From NCBI GenBank assembly GCA_013265495.1, contig MU058213.1, forward strand, positions 4,092,001-4,156,000: DNA of 64,000 nt, in the 5' to 3' direction. Made by a program: the position numbers and the translations under genes. Origin of the DNA: Vicugna vicugna (lineage: Eukaryota). The notes beneath the pieces are model-generated. The model was given only the letters and a program-made list of their open reading frames with translations, was not told where the DNA came from and searched no databases. Of this stretch, positions 52,887 to 64,000 are shown piece by piece. How positions within the stretch are numbered: position 1 is the stretch's first letter; each line of letters starts with the position of its first letter.

Positions 52887-55159
52887 AAGCCAACTTGAGT
52901 TTGGTTTTCTGTTACCTGCAACTGAAAGCATCCTAACTGCAGAGACAATGATAAATATTCACCATATTGTTTTCCTCTTGTGTACCCAGGAAATCCACAT
53001 TTCCTGGCTCCCTTACTTCTACATCATGCCATGTGACTGTTTTTGGCCAGTGGAATATAGACAGAAGCATTGATTGCCTAATCAAGCCTGACCCTTGAAA
53101 CCTCCAGTAATTTATAGCTCCTTTTTGTTTTTCAACATTGGTCAGCCAGATACAGAAAACTCTGAGGAGCTAAGGAATGGCAGCAACAGTAGGTGGAAGG
53201 ATCCTGGGTCTTTTAATAATTGCAAGGGGAACATTCATGCACTGATCCTCATTGTACTGATTAGAGAAAAACATAAGCTTATTGGGTTAGGATTTGAGGG
53301 TTGTTTGTTATAACAGTAACAATTACCTACCCTGATTAATAATAGAAATGGTAGCCTACTATGACAAAAAATCTAAAATACGTGGCATGAGTTTAGAGAG
53401 TCATGTAGGAATTAATGAAACATGTAGTAGGCTAAACAGCTCTAGATTTGTATCAGGCAGTGGCTAAACTGCTGCCTACAATACTTTAGAAAGCAGATCA
53501 GAACAAACACATAATTTGTAGCTCCAAGGGAAGAGTTCAGAAAGCAATATTAACAGTGGATGTCGGTGATTTTTGAAGTGATTAGTAGGGTATTACCAGA
53601 AAGAGATTAGTGTAGAAGAGAATTAACCAGTTTACAAACAGAAATGAAAGGGAATAGAGAGAGTCCAGCACTGGGGGGCCTTGCAGGGTTTGAAAACACA
53701 ATACTTACACATTCCAAAGAGAAAGAGATATGATTTTAAAAGCTTTAAGCAAGGACGCCACAGTAGGATTTGAACAAAATGACTCAGCCCTTAGGAAAAG
53801 GTCAGATTACACATGTTTATTTTCAGATAGCACTTCTTGTTTCAGATAGCCTCAGAGTAGCAGCCATTATTTTTTATCTCCAGCTTCATGGAGATATAAC
53901 TGACAAAATTATATATACTGAAAATGTACAACGGGATGATTTGATATACATATCCATTGTGAAATGATTACCGCAATCAGGTTAATTAACACATCCATGA
54001 CCTCACATAGTTACTTCATGTGTAGGGGGCGGGGTGAGGGGCAGAGAGGGTGAGAAAGCTTAAAATCTACTCTCTTAGAAAATTTCAAATATAGAATACA
54101 ATATTATGCTGAACATTAGATCTCCAGAACTTACTCATCTTATAATTGAAAACTTGTACCCTTTAACCAGCATCTCTCCTAAGCAACAGCATTTAAATTG
54201 AGAGAGAGATTTGCTCAAGAAAGCAGAAAAATAACGCAGCTTTTAGAACTATGTCTCTAGAGGGAATATTGTTGGTGCTTCTACAATTACTCTTGGATAT
54301 CTATCCATCTTTTGGGGGGTGCTCACTTTGTCCCAAGTTTCATTGCACTTTTACATCCAGCAGCCAAGATCTGCAGCTCTTTTTCAGAGGATTGTGCTTG
54401 GGCCATTGGAGCTACTTTGCCTGTCTTTGCAGAGACTGGAAGTACCTGGGAAATTACCCTGGTAAATGTCCCTTGGGGCCAGATCTTAACCAAGGGCTGA
54501 TAAAAATGCAGGAGTGTGAAAGCCTTAATTCCCCTGTCTTGGGTGGGAACTGCTCTGAGGCATGATTTACACTCCAAAATTCTCCCATAGGATCAGGCTG
54601 AAGCTACCTCTGTAGCTTTTTATCTAAAATTGTATCCTTGCTTATGTGCATGTTAAGCTATTACCCTAGATCTAAAGCCACCCTTCTTAACTCAGCTTTG
54701 TGATGCTGGGGGCTGGGCATCTGCAAACCAATTTTGTGCTTTGCCAGCTGCTCCCTGTTATGTTCTGCCAACAGAGGACACTGAAGGAGACTGCAGGGCT
54801 GGAAGAGGAAGAAGGGCCTTGCCCCTTCCTGTTTACTTCTGTTTGCTTTATTTTCCTGTCATGAAGTATCCACAACTTTTCATGAGTCCTAGCAGCAAAA
54901 ATTCATTCCAGTAGCAGAGGCTATATCCAGTTTATAGTTTTCCCAACACTTGCAGAACTAGTCTCCTTGTACCCCCAGGCAGATAGCAACACCAGCCATC
55001 ATCACCCCCTCCAACACCAGTCACTATGACCTTCTCCTGGTTCCCAGCTCTATGGCATCTCTCCTCCAAGATTAGACTCCAGCACCAGCTAAGCAGTGCC
55101 CCTTTCTCAGAGGTCTGAATTTCAGCTCCATGGAGCCATTCCTCCAAGCTTCTAAGTGT

Positions 55160-55512
55160 TTGTAATAAACTGCATATATGTGTCTCCCCAAAATTTATAT
55201 GTTGAAACCCTAATCTCCAGTGTGACGCTATTTGGAGATAGGGCCTTTGGGGAGTGCCTCTCTCCTCTCCTGTCCTCCTCCTCCTCTCCTTCCACTTTTC
55301 TACTTTCCCTCTGTCTCTCTGTCTCTCTCTCTCTCAATACAAGAAGAAGACAGCTGTCTACAAGCCAGGAAGCAGGTCCTCATCAGGTACCAGATCAGCC
55401 ACACCTTGATCTTTGACTTCCCGGCCTCCAGAACTGTGAGAAATAAATGTATGTTGTTTAAATCACCCCGTCTGTGGTATCTGTGTGATAGAAGCTTCAA
55501 CTGACTGAGACA
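55160..55512 (+). mobile_element. MLT1A/MST-like MaLR solo LTR
   Basis: tgtgtctccccaaaatttatatgttgaaaccctaatc ... caccttgatctttgacttcccggcctccagaactgtgagaaataaatg ... actgactgagaca. Confidence 0.85.
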
Positions 55513-56159
55513 GTGTTAGTCATTCATCTTCTCTTTGTTCCCTCAGCCCTAGAGGTGGTCACCACATCCTGTAGTTGCTACATCCATAATATTTAATGTT
55601 CCTTTTTTGCCTTAAACAGTTCTTTATTTTAAATTCTCTTTGTTAAAATAACTAGTATGCTTCTGTCTCCTAACTGGATCCTGAGTGGCACACTTGGCTT
55701 CCTCTTCTCCCTTGTTCTGCTGTTTCTATTCCCGTGCAATGCTCTTAATGAGCCATTGTTCACATTCTCACATGTTTACTGTCTTTTATAAAAGCAACAG
55801 TCTGCAACAATTGAAAAGTTTTTTTAAAAAATGGTCCTTTGCTACAGATAGTTTAAAAGGCTGTATTCCAACATCACTTCTAGCCCAGCCTCTAAAACCA
55901 CTTAAGATTCTTCCAAGATCTTTCTGTTCGTCAGTTGGTACAGAGGACCCACCAGAGTATTTTGAATCCCTAAAATGTGGAGGTACTCGGTACAAGTAAG
56001 CTGGAATTTCTGAATGACTGATGGAACAGAAACACCTCCTCCACCAAACACAGCAGTCTACACTAGACCATGAGGTTAAGTAAGAAATAAACGTTAATAT
56101 TTTAAGTCTCAGAGATTTGGGGGTTATTAGTTTGATTAGATAATGTTAGTTACACAGTT

Positions 56160-57430
56160 ACATTGTTACTGAATTTTCCTAGGACATTGACTTTTATTTC
56201 TATACTCACGATTCCTGAATTTATATCTTCAAAGCAGCAGAGTCATGTCTTATCACACACTCAACAATCACATTCGGATGTCCGACAGGAACCAAAAAAA
56301 TCTACATTCCTAAAACTTAATTCATTATGCTCCCTCTCTTTTTCCTTATCTTTCCATTTTGTTGAACCATATCACCATCCTTCCAGTTGTCCAACCCTAA
56401 AACCTAGGAGTAACCCTCAGCTTCTCCTTCTCTAGTGCCGACCATAACCAATCAACCCTGTACCAAGTTCTGAAGATTCTACCTTCTTTACTTTCCAACC
56501 CTTTCCCTATTCTTGATTTCTAGTTCCTCTATTCTTTCTCACTTGAGTGAGAAAAATCTATTGTATACTCCCGGATTAATTCCTTCCTGTGTCATAAAAA
56601 CCTTTCTCTAAAAAGCAAATCTAAGTATGTAACATTCATGCTTTAAAAATACATCAATTTTTTATAGTCCTTAAGATAAAATCCATGTTCCTTCACATGG
56701 TGTGCTAGATAATATGGATTGGCTACCTGAATCACTATTCCACTTTCCTTCTAATGGAGATGATGGAAAGATAAAAACTGTATTCCTCACATGCCTTGCC
56801 ACTAGAGTTCTAGGTGTAGTAGGTTCTCCCGACTTGATGCATTTGCACCTAATTTGGAAAACTATGAGGTAGAAGCCATCTTTTCTTACTGGAGCTTCTA
56901 GTGGCGAGCAAGGTTATGAAGAGATGACTGTTAGCAGCAATTGCAGTAGCTAAGTTCTCGTGTCTATTCACCAACCCCACATATGAGAGGCAATTGAGGC
57001 AACATCAGTGGCAGCAGCGGCAGCAGCTTCCTGAACCCTGGATCTCTACTGTGAAATCACAGCAGCCCCCTGACTTCGATTCCTCCAGCCCTTCTGCTAA
57101 TACTGCTTGTTCCTGTATTAAATACCTTTCTATCAGAAAGACTTAAAGTCGTTTCTATTTCCTACACAGCAACCTGAACTATTAACATGACGTACAAGGT
57201 TTTTCATGATCTATCCCCATTTTCTCTCACTTAATCTCACCGCCATTTCATACGCATCCGTTCCTGTACATTGCAGCTGAGCCGTGTGGAACCACTTGCA
57301 GATTCTCAAACGTATCATGTTTTCCTTATTCATGCTAACCTCCAACGTTCTAACTCCTACTTATTCTTTAAGATTTAGTTTGAACCTTACCTATTCTGGG
57401 AAACCTTCCTTGCTGTCTCTGCCCTAATCT
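56160..57430 (+). mobile_element. L2 LINE fragments interrupted by an LTR-like insert (~56710-57185)
   Basis: caccatccttccagttg...aaaacctaggagt...ttctacct; aactcctacttattctttaagatttag...gggaaaccttcct. Confidence 0.6.
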
Positions 57431-58451
57431 GCCAGCTTGTAATCAAAACTTCTCATTCCTTTTTTGCTACCTAGCACCTGAGTCCCCTGTATTTGAGATA
57501 TTCCCCATTCTTATGGGACAGAGGCTTTCACTTCCACAGAAACTGAAAATGTCAGCTACTTGCTTTTCCATTTCCCTTGTAGTTGGAGAATGTGCACATG
57601 ATCTAGGATCTACCAATCAGACATATCTCCCTTAGATTACAAATTAGAAGCTAATGGGATGAAAAAGCATGGATTTTTTTTTTTTTGGCAGAACTCTGGC
57701 AATGTGTAGCAGTAGGGAAGGCAACTAAAACAATTCTAGAGACAACAGTGCCAGAAATTGTGGCAACAGTGGTGTGGACGGTTTGAGCCGGAGTGTCTGT
57801 GCTAGTTCCTCTCCAGCCTAGTTCTATGTGATTTTGAAAGTTGTTCCTGAATGCATGGTCTCTGGGACTGGTTTTTAAGAGACTTTATGTACTAAACGTT
57901 CCAAGAGACTTTATATACTAACCAATAGCTCTTTAATAAATTCCTTTTCTGTTTAAGTAAGCCAGAGTCTGTTTCTATTGTTTACAACCAAGAACTCTGA
58001 TTGATATAATATTCTTTCTGCTCTCTCCCACTGCACTTCATATGTGCGAGTGAGTTGGATTACTGTTTAGCAAATACTTCCTCCTGTATGCTCAGACTAC
58101 ACCCTCCTACTTCATTGGTGTTAGGCTTAATCTTATGTTTTTCTTTGGCCAATGGGATGACAGCACTTGTAATTCAAACAGAGGCTTGAAACATGCTTTA
58201 GTGTTTGAGTTTGCCCTTCTGTGCTCCAATGAAGAGAAAAGCAATGATGAGAAGTGTGGCTGGTGGTTATTCAGCCTGGGCCTCAGAGTGGACACATGGA
58301 GCAGACCACATACCTTAAGCAGCCACTGGTCCAAAGACAAGGGTCACATGGATCTTCATTGTAGAGCTCAGACCCTGGAGCCCAGATTCTTACCTAGCCA
58401 TCCACAGAACTGTGAGCAAGAGAATAAGCTTGCTATTTTGAGTCACTGGAC

Positions 58452-59592
58452 TCTTTCTTTTTCCTTTTTATACTGAGGTATAATTGACATATAATCATAT
58501 ATTAGTTCAAGTATACAATGTAATGACTTTTTGATATTTGTATTTATTGTGAAATAATCACCCCAATAAGTCTAGTTAATATCTGTCCTCATACACAGTT
58601 ATAAAAATTTTTTCTTGCGATGAAAACTTTCAAGATTTACTCTCTTAGCAACTTTCAAATATGCAATACAGCATTAATAACTATAGTGGCCATGCTGTAC
58701 ACTACATCCCTGTGGCTTACTTATTTTATAACTGGAAGCTTGTACCTTTTGACTCCCTTCACTCATTTCTCTCCCCCGTTGTCTCCACCCCCACCAGCCA
58801 CTTCTGGCAACCACCAATCTGTTCTCTGTATCTATCAGCTTGGTTTTTAGTTTGGGGTTTGTTTGCTTGTTTTAGATTCCATATATAAGTGAAATCATAC
58901 AGTATTTGTCTTTCTCTGACTTATTTCACTCAGCATAATGCCCTCAAGGACCATCTATATTGCTGCATATGGCAAGTTTCATCCTTTTTAAAGGCAGACT
59001 AATATTCCTGTGTGTGTGAATATATATGTATTTTTTAACCCATTCATCCATCAGTGGACACTTCGGTTGTTTCCATACTTTGGTTATTGTGAATAATGCT
59101 GCAATGAACATGGTGGTGCAGATATCTCTTCAAAACAGTGATATCATTTCTTTCAAATATTAATACCCAGAAGTGGAATTGCTAGTTCATATAGTAGTTC
59201 TATTTTTAATTATTGGAGGAACTTTCAGCTGTTTTCCATAGTGGCTGCAACATGTACATTCCCATCAACAGTGCATAAAGTTTCCCTCTTCTCCACACTC
59301 TGGTCAACACTTGTCATTTCTCATCTTTTCAGTAACAGTCATTCTAGAAGGCATAAGGTAGTATCTCATTGTAGGTGTGATTTGCATTTCCCTAGTGATT
59401 AGTGATGCTGAGCTTCTTTTCAGGTACTTGTTTGCCTACTGTATGTCTTCTTTGGTAAAATGCCTATTCAGATGCTCTGTTCATTTTTAAATCGGATTGC
59501 TTGATTTTATGCTATTGAATTATTTGAGTTCTTTTTTATATTTTGGATAGTAAACCCTTATCAGATATATAATTTGCAAATGTTTCCTCCAT
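58452..59592 (-). mobile_element. L1MA-like 3' portion, inserted in an MLT LTR
   Basis: Antisense L1 3'UTR and ORF2 end (tagattccatatataagtgaaatcatacagtatttgtcttt; cccagaagtggaattgct; tatctcattgt...tttgcatttccct). Confidence 0.85.
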
Positions 59593-59679
59593 TCTAAGTC
59601 AGTTCATTCTTATGCAGCATTCCATCTATAGCTGACTAATGGAGTGTGTAATTATTAATAGTTATAGTAATAGTCAGCC

Positions 59680-59856
59680 TAAAGTGTAATTATTGGTTTA
59701 CTTGTCTGTTGCTCTGTTGCTCTCCACTAAACTGTAAGCTTGCTGAGGGTGAAAACTGTGTCTTATTGGTCTTTACATTTTAAGTGATTATCACAAAACC
59801 TATACCAAGCATCAACAAATGTTTAATGAATGAATAAACAAATAAATAAATGAATG
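59680..59856 (+). mobile_element. L2 3' end
   Basis: ctccactaaactgtaagct...gaggg...tcaacaaatgtttaatgaatgaat tail. Confidence 0.7.
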
Positions 59857-62640
59857 GCAAGCATCCTAAAAAATTGCAATTTGGGGGTCTTTTACCACTA
59901 CAGAGTGTTGCCTTGCAAAACAACACTTCTTTATCAAAGGATTTCCTTTTCAGTCAAAATATAGTGAAATTTATTCTATTAAGCTGGATTGAATTACTGC
60001 ATGGCAATACAACCATTCTTTCCTGAGACTACTCTCTTTTTATCTTACTTAGGGTTTTGATGCTCCTGAACACAGGACCAGCTCATAATAATGTTCAATG
60101 AATTTCACTTCAATTCATTTCTTTCCAAAACTCCTTAGTTATAAATTTATACACAAACTCTCCTACTACTTCTATATGTAGTTGGTTACTTACATTATGG
60201 ATGAATTCTACTAGTTTCATTTTCAAATATCGATTTTCTTATTTTCAAATTTGGGCTTATTTGGTAGTATCTCTCCATAACTCGCATGCACCAAATACCT
60301 AAACCATAGCTGAGATATAATAAAAATCCATTAAAATGGATTTGACCTTTGTTATATTAATAGTTACCTGTATACATAAATTTTGATGCAATCGTTTTGA
60401 CTAGGGGGCATTTTGGTATAGACTAAAATAGAAAGTCATATCCTTTTTTTTATTTTGATAAAATATACAAAATGATTTTTCTCATATAATTACTGACATC
60501 AGTTGGAATAAAGATCAGGAATGGGATGAGGTTCAGAGATGAAGTGAGTATAAGGAATGAGGTGCAGACACCAAAAGTGAGTTTATATTTTGTCATGACA
60601 ATGACCATTTTGATGAGTCTGTAACAAATATATCAAAGGGGCAATGTCAAAAAAAAAAAAAAACAGTTCAAAACTATGCATATGTCCTGTTTCCATGACT
60701 AAGTTGAAGTCCTAAAGCAGTGTTAGGGTGCTGGATATAAATAGACAGATATATTTCTCTAATTATTGTAAGTGGTAATATTTGTAAGTGATAATCAGGT
60801 AGAACTACATAGGATAACCCATAAATCTGTTGACTGAGTACACATGAACAGCATCTACTCATCAAATCAAGATATAACACATATCCAAAATATTCAATGA
60901 TATAGACAGTCACAGTTATGCATGATAATGAAAGATAAATAACAAAGAGTTCACAAAAATGATAATCTTTATTATTTCCTTCCTCTTGCTAACTTTGGGC
61001 TTAGTTTGTTCTTTTTTAGTTTCTTGAGGTTTAAAGTTGGAGTGCTTATAAACAACAAGGTCCTACTGTATATAGCACATGGCACAATATTCAATGGCTT
61101 GTAGTAACCTGTAATGAAAAAGAATATGTATATATAATGTGAATAACTGAATCACTGTGCTGTACACTGGAAACTAATAACAACATTGTAAAACAACTAT
61201 ACTTCAATTTTTAAAAATGGGAAAGAAAGAAACAAAGTTAGGATGTTTACTTGAGGTCTTTTTTTTCTTGATGCATGCATTTATCACTGCAAGCTTCTTT
61301 CCTCTTAGAACTTCTTTTGTTGTATCCCATAAGTTTTGATATGTTGTGTTTCCATCATCATTTGCATCATTTTTTATTCCCCTTTTGATTTCTTCTGTGA
61401 TCCATTGGTTGGTTGTTCAGGAGTGTGTTGTTTAATTATACATGGTTGTGAATGTTCCAGCTTTCCTCCTATTGTTGATTTCTAGTTTCATACCATTGTG
61501 GTCGGAAAAGACATTTGCTATAATTTCAGTCTTCTTAAATTTGCTAAGTCTTGTTCTGTGGCCTGATGTATGACATATCCTGTACAATGACCTGTGTGCT
61601 CTTAAGAAGAATATATTCTGCTGCTGTTGGATGGAACATTGTTCATGTGTCTCTTGGGCCCAGTTAGTCTATAATGTTGTTCAAATCCACTATTTCTTTA
61701 TTGATTCTCTTTCTGATCTATCCATTGTGAAGAGTGGTATACTAAAGTCCTCAATTATTATTATATTGGTGTTTACTTCTCCTTTTAAAAGTGAACCAGT
61801 TTCTTAGGAAAGCAAAATTAAGCTCGAATTCAAACCAGAAATTAATTTCTTTATTGAGTCATCATAGGCAAGATTCTATAATATGATATGTCTTAATCTG
61901 GAAGTAGATTTCAGTGCATCTGGAGAAATTGATGAATTACAAATCCTTTAGGCAGTCCTTCTAAGCATGTCTTTAATCTGAGTTTCTGAAAAATAGTGAA
62001 CAACTCCTAATTTAAGATTAACCCACTGAGAGCTATTCATTGTCACTAATTAAGTACAGAGCCTTACGTTAAAATAATCAGCAGAGCTAGGGGATAGCAT
62101 GGACATTTTCTGGTGACTACTAAAACACGCAGAAAGCTGTATAGAAAGTGACTCTACCTGGTACTTGGAGTTGCATCAAAGAAATAAAGTACTACAAATG
62201 AGGATGAGACTGTCTTCTGAAACGAATTTGTGTCCCTTCTAAGCTACAGACAAATGGATAACTGATGTTCTAGAGTTCCACACCACAAAGCATTTCAGTA
62301 ATAATTTTGGTCTGGAAAATGGTAAATACCACCACTGCATTTTGCCATTACAATATTTTTATACTAAAATATCTATAGAGCATCAAAATGTTAAGTACTG
62401 TTAATTTCTTATTATGGAATAGCCCCTGAAACTTGCCTGTCTTTTGAATATAATATTGGCCTAAGATGGCTAGAGTTGCAATTTAAGTATGAAAGTGTCA
62501 TTTTAACTGACATATCCGATAAGCAACACATAGGGAAGCTTCTAATTTTCAGAGCAATAGGAAGCAGTATTTTTTAAATGGAAAAGCCCATGCTGTAAAC
62601 AAATGAAAGCTATAGTGAGATGGCCAAATCATTTGAAGTG
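59857..62640 (-). mobile_element. Very degraded non-L1 LINE reverse-transcriptase region (RTE-X/L4-like), split by an L1
   Basis: Hand translation: ANIIFKRQASFRGYSI (62460-62413, QxGFR motif), YVLYLDL..SVNR (~60880-60825), VFGACELW...ENRYLKMKL (from 60298). Confidence 0.45.
60967..61787 (-). mobile_element. L1 ORF2 fragment with a nested + strand L1 3' end (~61030-61235)
   Basis: gtatcccataagttttgatatgttgtgtt, ttgatttctagtttcataccattgtggtcggaaaaga; nested aacaacaaggtcctactgtatatagcac...aactatacttcaatt. Confidence 0.8.
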
Positions 62641-62984
62641 AGGTTCTTCATTAGTTCTGGAATATCCTGGGTCACGATTTCTTCAAGTATTGCCTCTGTT
62701 CCATTCTTTTCTTCTTCTCCTTTTGGAACTCTGATTAAATGAATCTTAAATTTCCTGGTCTCTATGTTTCCTAACTTTTCATCTATGTTTCCTATCTTTT
62801 TTGTCTATCTATGCTTCATTCTGCATAATTTCTTTTAAAATATCTTCTAATTTGATGTTATATTTATTCACTCATTCTGAAATGTCACATATTGTATTCA
62901 TTTCTGTACAATACTGTTGGTTCTTTTTCAAATCTGATCAGTCACTTTTTAAAGTATTCAGATATTTTCTTTTTTTTTTTTCTT

Positions 62985-64000
62985 TTCTGTGGTAGTGATT
63001 TCCACTAACCTGTCTTCTAGCTCACTGATCCATTCTTCTGCCTCATTTAGTATATTCTTGGTTCCTTCTAGTCTGTTGTTCATTTCAATAATTGTATTCT
63101 TCAACTCTGGGTATTCTTTATATTTTCTAACTCTTTGCTAAAAACTTCTCTCTGTGTATCTATACTCCTCCTGAGTTCTCTGAACATCTTCACCATCATT
63201 ACTCTAAACTCTTTCTTGGCTAGATTGCCTATCTTGTCATCACTTATTTCTTCTTCTGGGATTTTATCTTGTGCCATGGCCTGAGAGATATCCCTCTTCT
63301 GCATCACATTGTCTACTTTCTATTTGTATTTTTAGGTAGATTAGTTATGTTTCCCAACCTTGGAGAAGCGGCCTTCTGTGGGAAATATCTTACGCGTCCC
63401 AGCAGTACACTCCTCTCTTGTAACCCAAGGGCCAGAGTCCAGCTGGTCCCAGTGTAGAGTCTGGCCTGTGTTTGTGGCTTTGGCATTGTTGTTTTCTTAT
63501 TTCTGGTATCTGACCTTGGTGGATGAGCCTGGACTAGACACATATGCACATTCCATGACAGGAGGAGTCGGTGCCTCCCCACTGCTGGGTAGAGTTTGGT
63601 GCTGGCCCTCTGGTGGGTAGGGGCATGCCTAGAGGTGGCTGTGGGCTCAGGAAGTCTGCTGATGGTTGGGGCAGTGTCCCCACCCAGTATGTTATTTGGC
63701 CTGAGCACTTAAGCCTACAGCTTTTGGGTGGGGTCATGAATTGGTGGTAATGAACCAAGCAAGATGTCTGCCTCCAGGAAATCTCATGTAGATGAACACT
63801 CCCCAAATGTCTGCTACCAGCTTTTCTGTCCCCAAGGTGAGCCACAGCCACCTCCCGCACCTCCCCGGGAGAATTTCCAAATCCAGAAGGCAGGTCTGGC
63901 CCAGGTTCCTATGAAGTCACTGCCACTGCCCTTGGTCCCAGCACGCACAAAATTCTGTGTGCACTTCCCGAGAGAGAGAGAAGTCTCTTGTTTCCCCCAT
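62985..64000 (-). mobile_element. L1 5'UTR and ORF1 N-terminus (runs off the window)
   Basis: ORF 63101..63307 MMQKRDISQAMAQDKIPEEEISDDKIGNLAKKEFRVMMVKMFREL is L1 ORF1p-like; GC-richer 5'UTR upstream. Confidence 0.85.

Larger units (their letters stand above)
52030..56150. mobile_element. Cluster of MaLR/ERVL LTR and internal fragments with a short L1 piece (~53870-54180)
   Basis: Several MLT-type ends (ccatgtgact...tttggccagtggaat; gggttgtttgtta; agatttgggggtta); boundaries not resolved. Confidence 0.55.

Noticed and set aside
59856..62640. Endogenous RNA-virus (bornavirus-like) polymerase on the + strand
   Set aside because: Some stop-poor frames and a vague IMKDK motif, but no GDN, KERE/KEKE or motif A; minus-strand LINE RT motifs fit better.

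Overview
AT-rich mammalian genomic DNA, probably camelid (inferred from the young L1 3' ends; not verified). It holds the 5' half of ZNF280D on the minus strand: a CpG-island promoter and exon 1 near 50.1 kb, two small 5' exons near 26.8-27.0 kb, and coding exons from 23.0 kb to the window edge, all with GT-AG junctions that splice into one open frame (MAELFMECEEEELEPWQKKV...[23 protein letters not shown]...). The rest is intronic or intergenic and rich in repeats (L1, L2, MIR, MaLR/ERV LTRs, hAT-Charlie, Tigger). Most notable: a piggyBac (Looper-like) fossil that spans almost the whole transposase; a TSD-flanked L1 whose 5'UTR is joined straight to the RT region (possibly a spliced retrocopy); an unusual 5' leader (GTG where I recall the human start ATG, a MIR-derived exon whose last codon opens an overlapping uORF, and a strong-Kozak uORF in exon 1); and a very degraded RTE-X/L4-like RT. 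I see no convincing novel multi-gene system. Repeat family names and human comparisons come from memory, not from a search.
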